64,000 nt of DNA from Xylographa opegraphella. Its lineage: Eukaryota. This document shows, one piece after another, positions 49,198 to 61,253 of the stretch. The notes below the pieces were generated by a model. That model ran no database searches and had not been told where the DNA came from. It was given only the letters and a program-made list of their open reading frames with translations. The position numbers and the translations under genes are program-made. The stretch spans positions 1 to 64,000 of the forward strand of contig JALDZX010000009.1 of the NCBI GenBank assembly GCA_022813865.1, read 5' to 3'. Each line of letters starts with the position of its first letter. Position 1 is the stretch's first letter.

Positions 49198-50972
49198 TTA
49201 GTCAAGGAAGAAAGGTTCGTCAGCCTCCGCCTTGATGAGGAGTCCATTCTCCCGGATTCTGGCCAACTTATACTCATCTTCATTCTCCTCCTCTACCTCT
49301 GCCTTTTCCTCCTTTGCTAGGCCCCCTAATTTCCTGAAGATGTCTCTCGCCAACGAGGGATGGAATGCAAGCAAATCCCTAAAGGTCTCCGAAGCCCCAC
49401 TCCATAACTCATAGAAATGCTCTACCGCATAGCTGACAACAAAGTCATGTAGACCTCTATCAGAGGGCTGTCCGACGCTGTAGAATAGTTTTGTTATGAG
49501 AAGGAAATCCTCGGCGGAGTAAGGACGCAGCGCCATAAACTTGCGAATCACAAGATTCTGCAGGCCTGGGAGTTCCAGTCGTGCCGACATGGTGTACAGT
49601 CGACCACATTTAACGATGGCTTCGAAGCTCTGATCGGCAGTTTCTACCCTTTCCAATCTTGCATAATCACTACTTTCGTCAAGAAGATTAGGCTTGTATT
49701 CGCCGTGGTCAAGGTATTCTACGACGCTCTCGAAGTGAGCTGAGAGGAGGTCTGCCAGGATAGGGCTCATGATGTATGCCGCGCCACTTTCGTACTTGAT
49801 ACTGTTTCGTAAGAGCTCGCTTTGTTCGAGGCCATCACGCTTGACAATAAAATCCCGGTGAGGATTGCCAACGAAAATTCTGACCATGCCGGTTCTATTT
49901 TCCATCAGCTAGCGTATAACATATTTTGGACTAAAGAATATGTACACAATTTTCAATTTCGACTTCTGTGGAGTCGCTGGTGGCGTGAATCGGCTCACGG
50001 ACTCAGAAAGTCGAATCTTCTTGATCTTTGCACGATCTAGACGGCTCTCCGTGTCCGAGGTACTGTATAGACTGCCATTATCCTGGTCGACCAGTCTACC
50101 GCTAAAGGTGTGCCGCGTTGCTCCACCTCCATGTTCTCCTTTAAAGTATCGGCTTTCGTCATCGTCCTCTTCATCGTCCCCTTCAAGCGCTCGCAGTGTT
50201 GGCGACAACCGGAATCCTTTGCCCTTGAATTCCGTGCGTTTACGCTTTTGCCCATAATGCATCTCCGGAGAGCTACCTTCGTCGACATCAACTGCTGAGT
50301 CGCTGCTGTCAACCATGTTCTCTTCGCTAAGCGACTTCGCTAATAGTGCCGACTTCCAATAATCCAAATCGTACCCGTATAGCAGATCTGAATAGGCGCG
50401 CTTGAGCGAAGGCTTAGTGTTCGGGTCGTCTTGCCTCTGCGCAATCAGAGAGAAGTCGATGGGTCGAAGAAGGTTCCCAGAAACATAACCGCTATTCAGG
50501 ACAAGGTTAAGCAGCGTTATCCAGGAAGGCATTTCCGGACTTACATTTTCAGACCATCTAGATACATGAAAGGGTAACTCTTCTGGCCAGGGTACTTTCC
50601 ATGTGGCGAGAAACGCTTATGGTATGATCCATCAGGCCGATTACGCTTGAAAAACTTATTGATCATTTCTTCATCGCAGATCACTCCAGGCATTCGCTCT
50701 TTTCCTTTCTTAAATATCATGAAGTAATCCCCTGCTTCAGCATTAGTCTGAGCCCACTTAAGCGCCTCAAGCTCGACAGCTGCCGGCTTAGCTCCGCTGT
50801 CAATTTTGTCACTCATATGGTCAACCTTACAGCCCTTTCTGGTCGTCGAACCTTCACGGACGCTGGAGGGCTTTGACGATGAACCGGCGAACGATAGCCA
50901 TTTGTCTCTGCTCTGCGTTTCGAACATCTTGGATGTTTGTGCGGAGGCTGAGTTAGGTATCAATATGGCCAA
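49198..50972 (-). CDS. Degenerate PWWP-like domain plus acidic linker plus BTB domain protein
   Basis: Exons joined by introns ~50492-50543 and ~49895-49945. N-terminal PGVICDEEM..RPDGSY..GK..SYPFMYL..GYVSGNLLRPID. C-terminal BTB-like VRIFVG..FIV, FESVVEYLDHGEY and LYTMSARLELPGLQNL. Confidence 0.7.
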
Positions 50973-51735
50973 TCTGGAGATTGAGTGCCCAAACAGGACG
51001 ACTTTATTGGTTTTCTAAAAGAGTACTGCGAAAGTTTCTGGGCGGCTTCGGTCTTACCATTTGCATAGCAAGCCCTGGGTAGAGTATTGATACTTCTGGA
51101 AGTTCACGTCGTCCTAATGTTATTGTAAGTGCATAATCCAAACGAGAAGACTCGAGTCAAACATTTGTCAAGGAGCTTCCTGTCAATGACGATCTGGAAA
51201 AGTTGTCATAGCAAAAATACCGAGACACAAGATGACACGTCAGGTGCAAGTACGAGTGTGAAGTGAGACTTCTTGGAAATCTCCCAGCATGCGTAAAATC
51301 TCACCAGTCTCAGAGCAGGAGAAACATTATGAAGCGGTTGATCAATCAATCATAATATCAGGACAAGTCGAGTTGGCAACTGTGGCATTACTCGGACGGC
51401 ATGAATATGAAGTGAATACGAAGCTTAGGAGGTCTTGGGCGATGCTGCGATCTAATCCTTGAGAGGCAAAAGGTGAAATCAAAGTGAGGCTTAATCCACC
51501 TGCATGCTCCGCTAATGCTAAAGGTACTCATTGAGCAAACCACAAATGAATACTTCGCAGTGATAACGTTGAACAATGCAACAACAAAAACAACAGCAAT
51601 TTGAAAGACAAAAGTTGATGAGAATTGGCACGAATACAAGAAAAGCATTCGCTCAATTCGTCTCTGTCGGAGTACCATTTTCTGTTTACTCCAGGATGGC
51701 AATATGCTTATGCCGGCGCAGCTATAGACAGCTCT

Positions 51736-52691
51736 TCAAGTGTTTTGTCTATCACATTCGGCTTTCGCAGTGGCATAGTCCCTGACTCCATGAAGACCTA
51801 AGGAAATGAGCAAGAAGGCTGTTGTTATCGACATCGTGGTTATAATGGTCATTATCACACCCCTCACTCCGTTATAATCAGGATCCAATTGCTTGTAGAC
51901 GTATTCATGGGTGATCGCATATCCAATGGTAGTCCATACAAAGTACAAACCGACAGCGAGGAGAAGGCCGACAATGTGGCCTGTGAATGGCTGCAGGCAT
52001 TGTCAGCATCTTTGATTCATAAAGGAATTGATCTCGCACCTGCTGCTGACGAAGACTCGAAAGTATTAACGTTTCCACCAAAGCAATGACTGCACAAATA
52101 CCGTACATATTGACATGCATCATTGCCTGGATAGGACCCAAGTTCAAGATGCGACCTGTGCCGTCATTCAGAACGAACCAGTACAGGAACGTCACAACAT
52201 ATGGGAATGTAGTGACACAGGTGTAGAATATCGAGAAAGCCAGTCTTTTATTAGCATTGAAAGCAGTCGTTCTTGGGATCGAGAAGACGTTCTTGAGCCG
52301 AGTCAAGAGTCCATTATCGGATTCTTCCCTATATCGTGGCCAGAAGAGATGCTGATGAGTCCAGAGCTATACAAGAGGCAATACGATGAGTGACAGCTCG
52401 GAAGGAGATGCGCGAACAACTTACTGTGGTTATCCAATAATAGATAATCTGGACAATGAAACTAATGGGACCGGCTTTGAAGATGAAAAGTTGGCCGTGA
52501 CTGGCCTTGCGACGCTCATGATCAATAGCCACAGCCAGTACAACAGTCATGTACGTTGCAATGAGACCACGAAGGAGAAGAAGCCCCTTTTGGCCAAGGA
52601 AATACCATGGTGAGTGACAAACACGAAGAAATATGGGATGTTCATGCGGAGGTCGATTTGAGCGTGGGAGAAGAGGAGTACTTTCAGGCAT
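51736..52691 (-). CDS. Multi-pass membrane protein (rolling stone/FAR-17a-like)
   Basis: HPIFLRVCHSPW, FYTCVTTFPYVVTFLYWFVL, MHVNMYG and HEYVYKQLDP. Introns ~52361-52424 and 51994-52040. Confidence 0.7.
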
Positions 52692-53365
52692 TATGAATAA
52701 TAGTACAGGGCAGACACCAGAATCACTCGAAAAGATATTGTGTACAACCAGTGTAAAGACCGTGATCAGGAGAAGAGGACTATTGTTCTAACAGAAGAGA
52801 GACAAGTGCTCAAAGGTGATGCGGATCTCTAGGTGTCCTATGAGGTGATAAAAAACACACGTAAATATAGTAGGAGCGACCGGGTAGTAGTCTCAACAAC
52901 AAAGCTGACGAATCCAGGACTTGGGAGAATTATGGTCTGCATTGAGGCCGCTTAAGTAGATACACTACTTAATCACAAATCTTTCATAATGTATCATTTA
53001 GAGCTGGAGAGCTTCGACTATCGACGCAGACTTCAGATATTGCGTATCTCATGAAGCAAAATCCTAAGGGAGGTCGTAAATATGTCGCGCCCGAGCGTGA
53101 TGGTAATATATATAGTATGAGGAAAGAAAGTACCTAAGGTAGCCACGAAAGGACGGAAACCGCCATTGAGCTCAGCCTTGCAGATCCACGCTAGCCGCTT
53201 CGCGCCAGCTTTGCAACGTCGCTTCTAAGAGCGCTCAACAGAAAACCCGGCTCGACCAATATCATGCCGGTCAGTTGACACAATTACCCCCCGGCTACCT
53301 GTCCGTGAGCACCGAGAACATTACGACCATCGTTTTCCCACCCCTACCCACCCAGTCGCCCAACA

Positions 53366-53947
53366 ATGTTCTCCTTCAACACCATGCGACCGCGGCAGGT
53401 GCTCACCCAAGTCCTCAACTTCGGGCTCATTCTTTCGACCGCTTTCATGCTCTGGAAAGGGCTGTCTGTAATCGCCGACTCACCATCGCCAATAGTTGTT
53501 GTGCTGTCTGGCAGCATGGAACCGGCCTTCCAGCGTGGCGACATTTTATTATTGTGGAATAGGGGGGCCGAGACTCAGATAGGGGAGGTGGTGGTGTATA
53601 ATGTTAAGGGGAAGGATATTCCTATTGTTCATAGGGTAGTCAGGAGGTTTGGTGGAGGGTACGTGTATATTTCTTGGAGGGAGGATATCGCTAGACTTGG
53701 ACTAATGAAGTATATTAGAGACAAAGCCCTGAACCTCCTGACAAAAGGTGACAACAACCTGGCGGATGATACTGAGCTGTATGCACGAGGGCAGGCGTAT
53801 CTGGACAGGTCGAAGGACGTGATTGGGAGTGTGGTTGGCTATATACCGTTTGTGGGGTATGTCACGATCCTGCTATCGGAACATCCTTGGCTGAAAACAG
53901 TCATGCTTGGAATAATGGGTTTAATGGTAGTTATTCAGCGGGAGTAA
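53366..53947 (+). CDS. sec11: Signal peptidase complex catalytic subunit Sec11
   Basis: [26 protein letters not shown] and LLTKGDNN. 60-nt intron 53659-53718. Confidence 0.97.
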   Translation: MFSFNTMRPRQVLTQVLNFGLILSTAFMLWKGLSVIADSPSPIVVVLSGSMEPAFQRGDILLLWNRGAETQIGEVVVYNVKGKDIPIVHRVVRRFGGGYVYISWREDIARLGLMKYIRDKALNLLTKGDNNLADDTELYARGQAYLDRSKDVIGSVVGYIPFVGYVTILLSEHPWLKTVMLGIMGLMVVIQRE

Positions 53948-54072
53948 AATTGACTCATGCTTTCAGACTCGTCAAAAACTTGTAGATACATGAGAAGTAC
54001 GAGCACTGTGCATGCCTAACCACTTTTTCGCTCATGGTATGCCCCTGCATGTGTACTCGCCGGTTGCGCAAT

Positions 54073-55518
54073 TCACCCCTTGATTCTCTTCGCTTTGCTA
54101 CTCTTTTCCGTCGGTTGAGTTTCTGCCGGCCACCAGGTTGATAGAATACCTTCGGCATTAACGGCACATTCCTTCCCATCAATGCTCGCTTGTAATGCTT
54201 GCCGCACAACGGGTAGACGAGGGTCGTAAGAATGCGGGGAATAAAATATTCGCAGCAAGGTCCAGGCAATTACTACACGAATGTCCAACAAAATTTTGCC
54301 TGTGTTTGGAGCGCGGAGCAAATACAATCCTTGCAACTCCGGTTGTCCTGCATACGACCATGATGCTCGTTGAGGAATGACGGTATAACAGTTGAAATAG
54401 CTTGCGTCGAGACAGAGAGTGCTATAATTTGGCAGCCGTGAGAGTAGGGGTTTGATAGTGCAAATAGCATTATCAGGATAAATTTCGAATGTAATGATAA
54501 CATGACAGATGTTAGCGGCGTTGGCAGATCCGACCATATCCATAAAATCCAGACTGGTAAAAAAAAGTTGAGCATCGAAACAGAACCAATATTTACTGTA
54601 CAGTGACCTCAAGACCTCATGTCTCATCTCTGCATTAACGGCGAGAAGAGACGTGAAGTCGTAGCCATTTCTCTTCCAAATTGCGGTTTTCCTCGTGACA
54701 TCGTAGCTTTGCGGTACATCAGCAAGGAGCATATTATAGATTTTCCGACGCAATTCAGGTGGAAGGGTCTTCATGAAGTCGATTGGGTGGCCATCTTCAT
54801 GACGATGCATAAGGGCTGTGTTCACCCTATCCGAAGACACGGGTCCTCTTCCAAATGCTTTCAAGTTCTTGTTGCGAGATCCTATGAAGGTCATGTGTGG
54901 TTTCGGACCATCGACAACGTAGCCCGATATTCTGGTTCTGGTTCCTCCGTCTAGACAGTAGTACTCCACAGGAAATTCATGACACCTCAACTGAGCATCT
55001 TTGAGCTTCATGGAAGGTGAGCAATATTGGAGAAGTGTTTCGAGTGCATCGAGCATACGTTTGACCTCCGATTTTCTGATATTGCCTGTCGTGGTGCCGG
55101 TGATAATGAACTGTATGCTCTTGACGTGGCGGAAGTGCTTGAGTCCAATATGACCAAAGAATTTTATTGCTCGCTCAATGGCCGGAACAACCGTCATTGC
55201 ATTCTTGTGGCGAACACCATCAGCTACAGAGAATGTGCATTCGGCACAGAGAGTCTGATATAGATCATCCTGTACATAACCAAACACAGCTCTAAGTCCG
55301 AGGAATTTGATCAGCTGCTTCCACTGCTCTCCCATCCATCCCCGAGTGTACCGAGGAATTCGTAGATGCTCTGGAACCAAGAAAGAGAAGATTTTCTTCC
55401 ATATTTCTGGCGTTAGGCGCGAGTAGAGGGCCTGAGATGAACCAAGTACAGTATCTACGTGGTTCTCGTCGAGGGGTACGGGTAAGGCAAGCATGAGATT
55501 CTTCTGGATGATCTCCAT
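54073..55518 (-). CDS. Protein with two tandem F-box-like modules
   Basis: YSRLTPEIWKKIFSFL and FMKTLPPELRRKIYNMLL, each followed by a similar downstream segment. Start codon uncertain. Confidence 0.7.
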   Translation of the reverse strand: MEIIQKNLMLALPVPLDENHVDTVLGSSQALYSRLTPEIWKKIFSFLVPEHLRIPRYTRGWMGEQWKQLIKFLGLRAVFGYVQDDLYQTLCAECTFSVADGVRHKNAMTVVPAIERAIKFFGHIGLKHFRHVKSIQFIITGTTTGNIRKSEVKRMLDALETLLQYCSPSMKLKDAQLRCHEFPVEYYCLDGGTRTRISGYVVDGPKPHMTFIGSRNKNLKAFGRGPVSSDRVNTALMHRHEDGHPIDFMKTLPPELRRKIYNMLLADVPQSYDVTRKTAIWKRNGYDFTSLLAVNAEMRHEVLRSLYSKYWFCFDAQLFFTSLDFMDMVGSANAANICHVIITFEIYPDNAICTIKPLLSRLPNYSTLCLDASYFNCYTVIPQRASWSYAGQPELQGLYLLRAPNTGKILLDIRVVIAWTLLRIFYSPHSYDPRLPVVRQALQASIDGKECAVNAEGILSTWWPAETQPTEKSSKAKRIKG

Positions 55519-56388
55519 TATGTACACGGTCAACTGTGTTGTAGTGGAAGGTATAAATGGAATGATGATTCTCCTGTCTGAAGGGGAAATGATCCACAGT
55601 GCTTGCAACGAGAGTTCTAGATCATCCTAAGAGGAATACAGGTTTGAGACGTGAGTGGAAGAGTCCGGTAGATAGTAGGTAGTCGGGACTATATTCTTGA
55701 CTTAGTATCCTCGCGAAAACCTAAATCAAATTGTGAATGACTTGTGCCCGAGGGCAAAACACCATGGACGCGATAAGCGTTCATAATTTAGTACACGCTT
55801 ATAACATACTAGAGACAACACCATTCCGTAGCCAGAGATCATCATCACATGCCACAACAAGATATAAAGTGTATGCCCATATTCAAGTACCTTGGGTCTC
55901 CGGAAACCCTAAACACAAAAGTGACGAGGTAGATTTCACCATACGTTGCGACGATCTGACTATGTATGTCAGTGTTGACACACATAGGATAGTTGACCAT
56001 GAAAGTCATTGTATCGGTAGTTTTCATTGGAATCCTCATAGATACCTAGATCTAGAATTCAACAATGTGACAGCCAAAACTTCAAAAGACGTTGAACGCA
56101 TAGGGCTAAGCGAGAAACCACTAGACAAGGTACCTTATTGAACTACGTGACAGCCTCTGGCGCCCGCATGACGGCGAACGACTGACAATGGAACTTCACT
56201 CAGAACGTATCACTATAAGCAAATCCTCCGAGCCACAGCTGTACCTTCACGCATCTTTAGAAACCTACAAACGTGAAGATAGAGCAGAGATTTACATATA
56301 AGTCCGCTGCTGACATTCAGTACCAACCGTCGAAGCAATACAACTTTACCCCCAAATCCTCGAAGCTTACAGTCTCCTGGCCACAACA

Positions 56389-56919
56389 ATGTCGGGCACC
56401 AAACGAATCACAAAGGTCTATCCCCATCCTCCCCTTCTCCTACATCTGCGTCTCCAATCCCACTCTCCCCCCTCTAACCCCTTCCAGGAATTCGCCGACC
56501 TGACCACCTCCCCCCCACCCTCCACCACCATCTCCCTCGGCACCACCTCGGACATCCACATCTGGCACATCACCCTCGCCGGCCCGCCCTCCACGCCCTT
56601 CGCCTCGGGCAACTTCCACCTCACCCTGACCCTCCCACCCGACTACCCCTTCAAGCCGCCAACCCTCAACTTCACCACCAAGATCTACCACCCGAACGTG
56701 ACCAACGACGACAAGGGAAGCATGTGCCTGGGGCTGCTGCGGCCGGACGAGTGGAAGCCCAGCAGCAGGATCCGGGACGTGCTGGTCTTTGCCCGCGGCT
56801 TGCTGGCGGAGCCCATGCCGGAGGATGCGGTCGAGCAAGGGATTGCGGCGGAGTATCGGGGGGAGAGGGCGGCGTGGGAGAAGAAGGCTAGGGAGTGGAC
56901 GGCGAAGTATGCAAAGTAG
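56389..56919 (+). CDS. Ubiquitin-conjugating enzyme E2
   Basis: YPFKPPTLNFTTKIYHPNV..GSMCLGLLRPDEWKP, including the catalytic Cys. 72-nt intron 56416-56487. Confidence 0.95.
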   Translation: MSGTKRITKVYPHPPLLLHLRLQSHSPPSNPFQEFADLTTSPPPSTTISLGTTSDIHIWHITLAGPPSTPFASGNFHLTLTLPPDYPFKPPTLNFTTKIYHPNVTNDDKGSMCLGLLRPDEWKPSSRIRDVLVFARGLLAEPMPEDAVEQGIAAEYRGERAAWEKKAREWTAKYAK

Positions 56920-57551
56920 GGGGAGGTGGGGGGGTTGGGGGGGGCGGCGTGTTATGGGGGAGTGAGGTGTTGCGTGTGTGGGCGGCGCAGAGCGGAGATT
57001 GGGGTTCTGAGGTGCTTGTTGGATGACACTGTCGAGCGACCATAGTTACGGTGTTTGGGGTATGCATTTGAGATTCATAGTGCAATCAAGCTTTGGTACT
57101 GGGCATGCTGCTGTGCACCGGATCTGGACATCTCGGGCGAGAGTACGAGCGCCTGATGCAATAGACCAGGCATATGAAGACTGTGCTTTCAAAGTATCAA
57201 TATTCAACATGAAGAAGGATCGCAGTGCTGCAAACTTCAATCCGTTTTCACATGCTTCTAATCCGAGTCCCAAGCTTCCTCCCTAAGCCCCATACCCAGA
57301 TACCCAGACAATCCCTGCCAGTGCACCAGACCCCAGGATATCATAGTGAGCGTGACAAGGTCATAAAGACATCAGGAAGCGAATATGCGAACAACATTAT
57401 AAGAACATAAATATAGTCACCGATCGCTTTTCTTGGTTGAGATCCTTCGTCAGACATGCAGCCCGGTGACCGGTGTGTGTGAGGAAAATGTCAGTATCCT
57501 GCTCGGGAGTTACAACTTAATGGGAGCTCAGTGAGACTCGTGGTGGTGTGG

Positions 57552-59629
57552 TCATTCATATCTTGTATACCCAATGGTAGGTGATTGGAATGCCGACGTC
57601 GATGATCCAGCACGAGGACTTGGAACTTCTGTTTCCGGCGATGGTAGCATTTCTGGACTGTGCGCAGATGGATTTGATAGATGATCGGCCGCTGCAATCG
57701 AGTCTCGCGAGCTTAGACCAGGACTAGGCATTTCTAGCCTGGTTGTCCAAGGCTCCCGTCCATGATCAGGAGTTGGTGAGATCAGGGAACCTCGATTTTG
57801 GTTCACTAACGTTGGTGATCTAGACCTGTCGAGTTCAGGACTGTGAAGCTCCGCTCTCTGAACTGCAGATCCACCCAGCTCGACCATAGGTATTGAGTTC
57901 GGCCCCTGTTGTGTCAAAGGTGAAGATACTGCTCGACCTTCCAGTTCCTCACCCTGTCGAGTAACGCCCACCATGGCATTTTGCTTTTGTGGGTAGTTTC
58001 CACCTAGAAGGTACCCTCGGTCAACTCCATTTCCAGGACCTTTTGAAGTCGCAGGTAATTCATGAGGCGTCTCCGCTGCTTGACGACGGCGCCGCCGCTT
58101 TCTCCAGATGACAAAGATTACTGCGCAAGCTGCAAGAAGAGCAATAGCTACAATGCCGATGGAAATACCTGCAATGGCTGACGAAGACAGCCCGCTTGAT
58201 TGTGTTGAACCTGTAAGCCCATCTGTGGGGCCAGGACTTGCCCCAGCCGAAGCTGAGCTCGGTGGCGCCGTCGAGCCTGTTGAAGTAGGCTCTGCGATTG
58301 CAACAATGTGTGGCTGTTTTCCAGATGTGTCAACCTGGGCCACAGAAAAATTCTGGTTGCCGTAATCAACAGTCAAGTAGCTATTGACCCATGAGCACAT
58401 ATTTTGTTGCGGCCAGCCGAACTACTTACACTTCTTGGACAAATGCGCGGCCAAGTGTATATTGGTCGGAAGTAAGTGCTTGTTTCATTGGGAAGTATCT
58501 GGTCAGGTTGGCGATAAATGGAAGAGTAGGAGCGAGGTCAAAGCTGAGATAGGGAAGGGTAATGTTAACGGACGATCCTGCCGTCACAAAATTGGCTAGC
58601 TGAAGGGTTACGCTGGCGTTGGTCTTGATATTCGTGTCATGCATCGTATCATTGATAGTGTATATTGAATGGTATGCGTCATATTGCAAACCAAATGCCT
58701 GCTCGAACGCAGTACAGACATTCTCCGGCAGCCACATATTTGGAAGGGTCGTGTCTATGAAGGTGAAGAAGCCGTCACCATATCCGAGTAAGGAGGTTTC
58801 TGCACTGTTTGAACTCGAAAAGGAAATCGATTGGAGGCCGACCACGATATCATGAGTATCTGTTTGTGCCAGGCTGAAAGAGACATCGTTGGGGACGATC
58901 ATGGAGGCATCATAACCACCGAGAGTGAGACTACCGCTCTGATTGCCTAAAGAAATTAGCTACAACGATAAGACGAGTCAGCTCAAGTGGCTCACGATAA
59001 TATGCCCCCGCGGTATAGCCATATGATAGACTTGGGATGGAATTTTGGTTTTTCAGCGACTTCAGAAGACTTGGTTGTGATGAATTACCGAACTGTGGTG
59101 TTCTCGGCGCAAGACCAATATAGCCCAGCCAAAAGTCCTTCTGTGTGTCCACTGCCACGATAACCTGGTGATCCAACAATACAGGTGGGTTTCCTACTAT
59201 TTCAAGCCCCACCGTATCGTAGCCATAGTCGCCTGCGTCGGTACCCGTAGGTTCGGAGTCCATGCCAAGATCTATGTCAATTCCTAGCGAAAAAGTTCCT
59301 TGTTCATTCCAAGACTTGGACGAGCTCGGATTGAAAGTTGTACCACGAGTGGAAGTACAATTCGTGGCGGAATTTTCATTGCAGTAGTAGGCCCCATTGA
59401 TCACCCATGTCTCCGGAATCAAAGTCGAGACCAACACTCGACAGTTGCTGGGCGGGTTTCCTATCCTGATAGTAAATGAAGACCAATTTCCATCGTCTCC
59501 ATCGCTGTGAACACCAGTGGATCAGCCGGTGTCTCATGTGTCGTTTGCCAAGTTCGAGAGGCCAGACGAGTTGAGAACTCACAACGCTCCGCTTGGTTCC
59601 ACCACCAGCGGCGCAGGAACTACAGCCAT
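57552..59629 (-). CDS. Type I membrane pepsin-family (A1) protein, likely catalytically inactive
   Basis: DGDDGNWSSFTIRIGNP, IPSLSYGYTAGAYY, SLTLGGYD, FIDTTLPNMWLP and YTLGRAFVQE. TM segment AIAGISIGIVAIALLAACAVIFVIW followed by RKRRRRR. Introns ~59517-59582, 58950-58997 and 58382-58430. Confidence 0.88.
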
Positions 59630-61253
59630 TCTTGCGCCGATAGCCGCAAACGACAAATTCACAAGCACAATTCGACTTCCAGCACCTCAAATGCGGGCGA
59701 CACCAGACGTGAACACCACCCACAGCCAAAAAGAGAGATATCCACGTTGACTATGGTTCATCCTGGAAGAGAATGATCGGCGGGGAAACGAGGCTCGGGA
59801 ACAGGGACGACAGGTAGAAGAGGAATGAACCCTAGTGACAGCTTATGCTTATGGTGGGCGAATAAGCGCATGCTGACTGACCTGCAAGCCTGGACGCCTT
59901 TTGGAAGCGCCATTGCATACTCATGTATGCCAGTCTGGCGATAATAGCGGGCACCAAGCAGGCCGCCCCGCTGCTGCGTGATACCAGCTCTGGATCACTA
60001 GATCAGCGGTGCACACCCGAAGCGACGGCTCTGGGTGGGCGCGATGGACGCCTCGACGAGGTTGTACAGAAACAAGTCTTGGAGGACTACAGCCTTTTTG
60101 GCAGGGGTTGCGGGTGATCCTGGCTGTGGAGGTATGAGTGAGCTGTCAAAAGGTCCGAAGAATGTGGGATGTTTGGATTGGTGGTGGTGGGAGGGAAGAG
60201 GAGGGCGGGAATGCTAAGGCGGGGGGCACTGCATGCACGCCGATGACTCGTCGCACGGCGGGGTGGGACTGCTAAGCCGTATCGGGCTAGGCACGCGAGC
60301 TGACGAGCGAGCGGGGTTTCTCCTAGTGCCTTCTCGCCACCGAGCCCCCGCCATTTGCCTATCCACGTTTCTTCCTTCCATCTTTCCTTCTCACCTCCAA
60401 CCAAACTCAACGATTCGCGCGCTCTCCGGAAATGGTTCCCCCCCAGACCTGCTTCGGGCCTCGCGCTCCACGACTCTTGCTTGATAATGCATCGCAGTAG
60501 TCTCGCCTTGCCCTTCCACTCGTACCCTTCGCCCATGTCGTGCCACAGACACATCGGCCACTCACCGCTCCCCGCTGCCCCACAGTCTAAGGTAGAGTAA
60601 GGTGTTGTATACACACCAGGAAAGACCCATACAACCGCCCAGCTGGGAGGCCATTTTTGCTGTCCCTGAAAGAAAACGATGCCGTGCAGCTCTTCAAGGC
60701 TCTCTCGAGCCTCGAAGCCGTCAGAGCAGGCCGTCGGTGTTCTCGTAGGCGGATGGAGATAAGCCATGCATTTCCAACATCCTAGATTCGGCCATCCTTC
60801 GTGCCTTCGTGTTCAGCCGTAACAGCAGATGCGCAGAGCTTACACCAATGGCATGATGTGCTGGAGAGTTCTAAACCGAAGACGGAAGCTGGCCCGCACA
60901 TCACCCTCCCGAGTCGTTGACGGCGTACGTCTACATGGAAGCGGGCCGACAAAACACCCCATAGCTATCAGGCCCCAGACCTGGCCTTTTTCTCAGCCTT
61001 CGTTCCTGCTGGTGCCCGGAGCTTGGCTGCTGAGGGAAATGACTGCCAATCAGGATTTGCAGATGCAACAGCACCTGCGCGTGCTGTGGAGTATTGCTTT
61101 CCGTGCCTAGGAATATTACCATATACTCAACTGCCAGGGTGGATAGCTTCGGGTAAGGCTTTTCATAAGTACCTTTGCCGCCCGCATTCCCTCTTTGACG
61201 GTTTTTTTGATAACATCATATCCGCTGTGCTACCTACTTGTTCGTCCTCGAAA

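Noticed and set aside
55737..56141. 134-aa ORF
   Set aside because: It sits in a divergent promoter region with no recognisable features.
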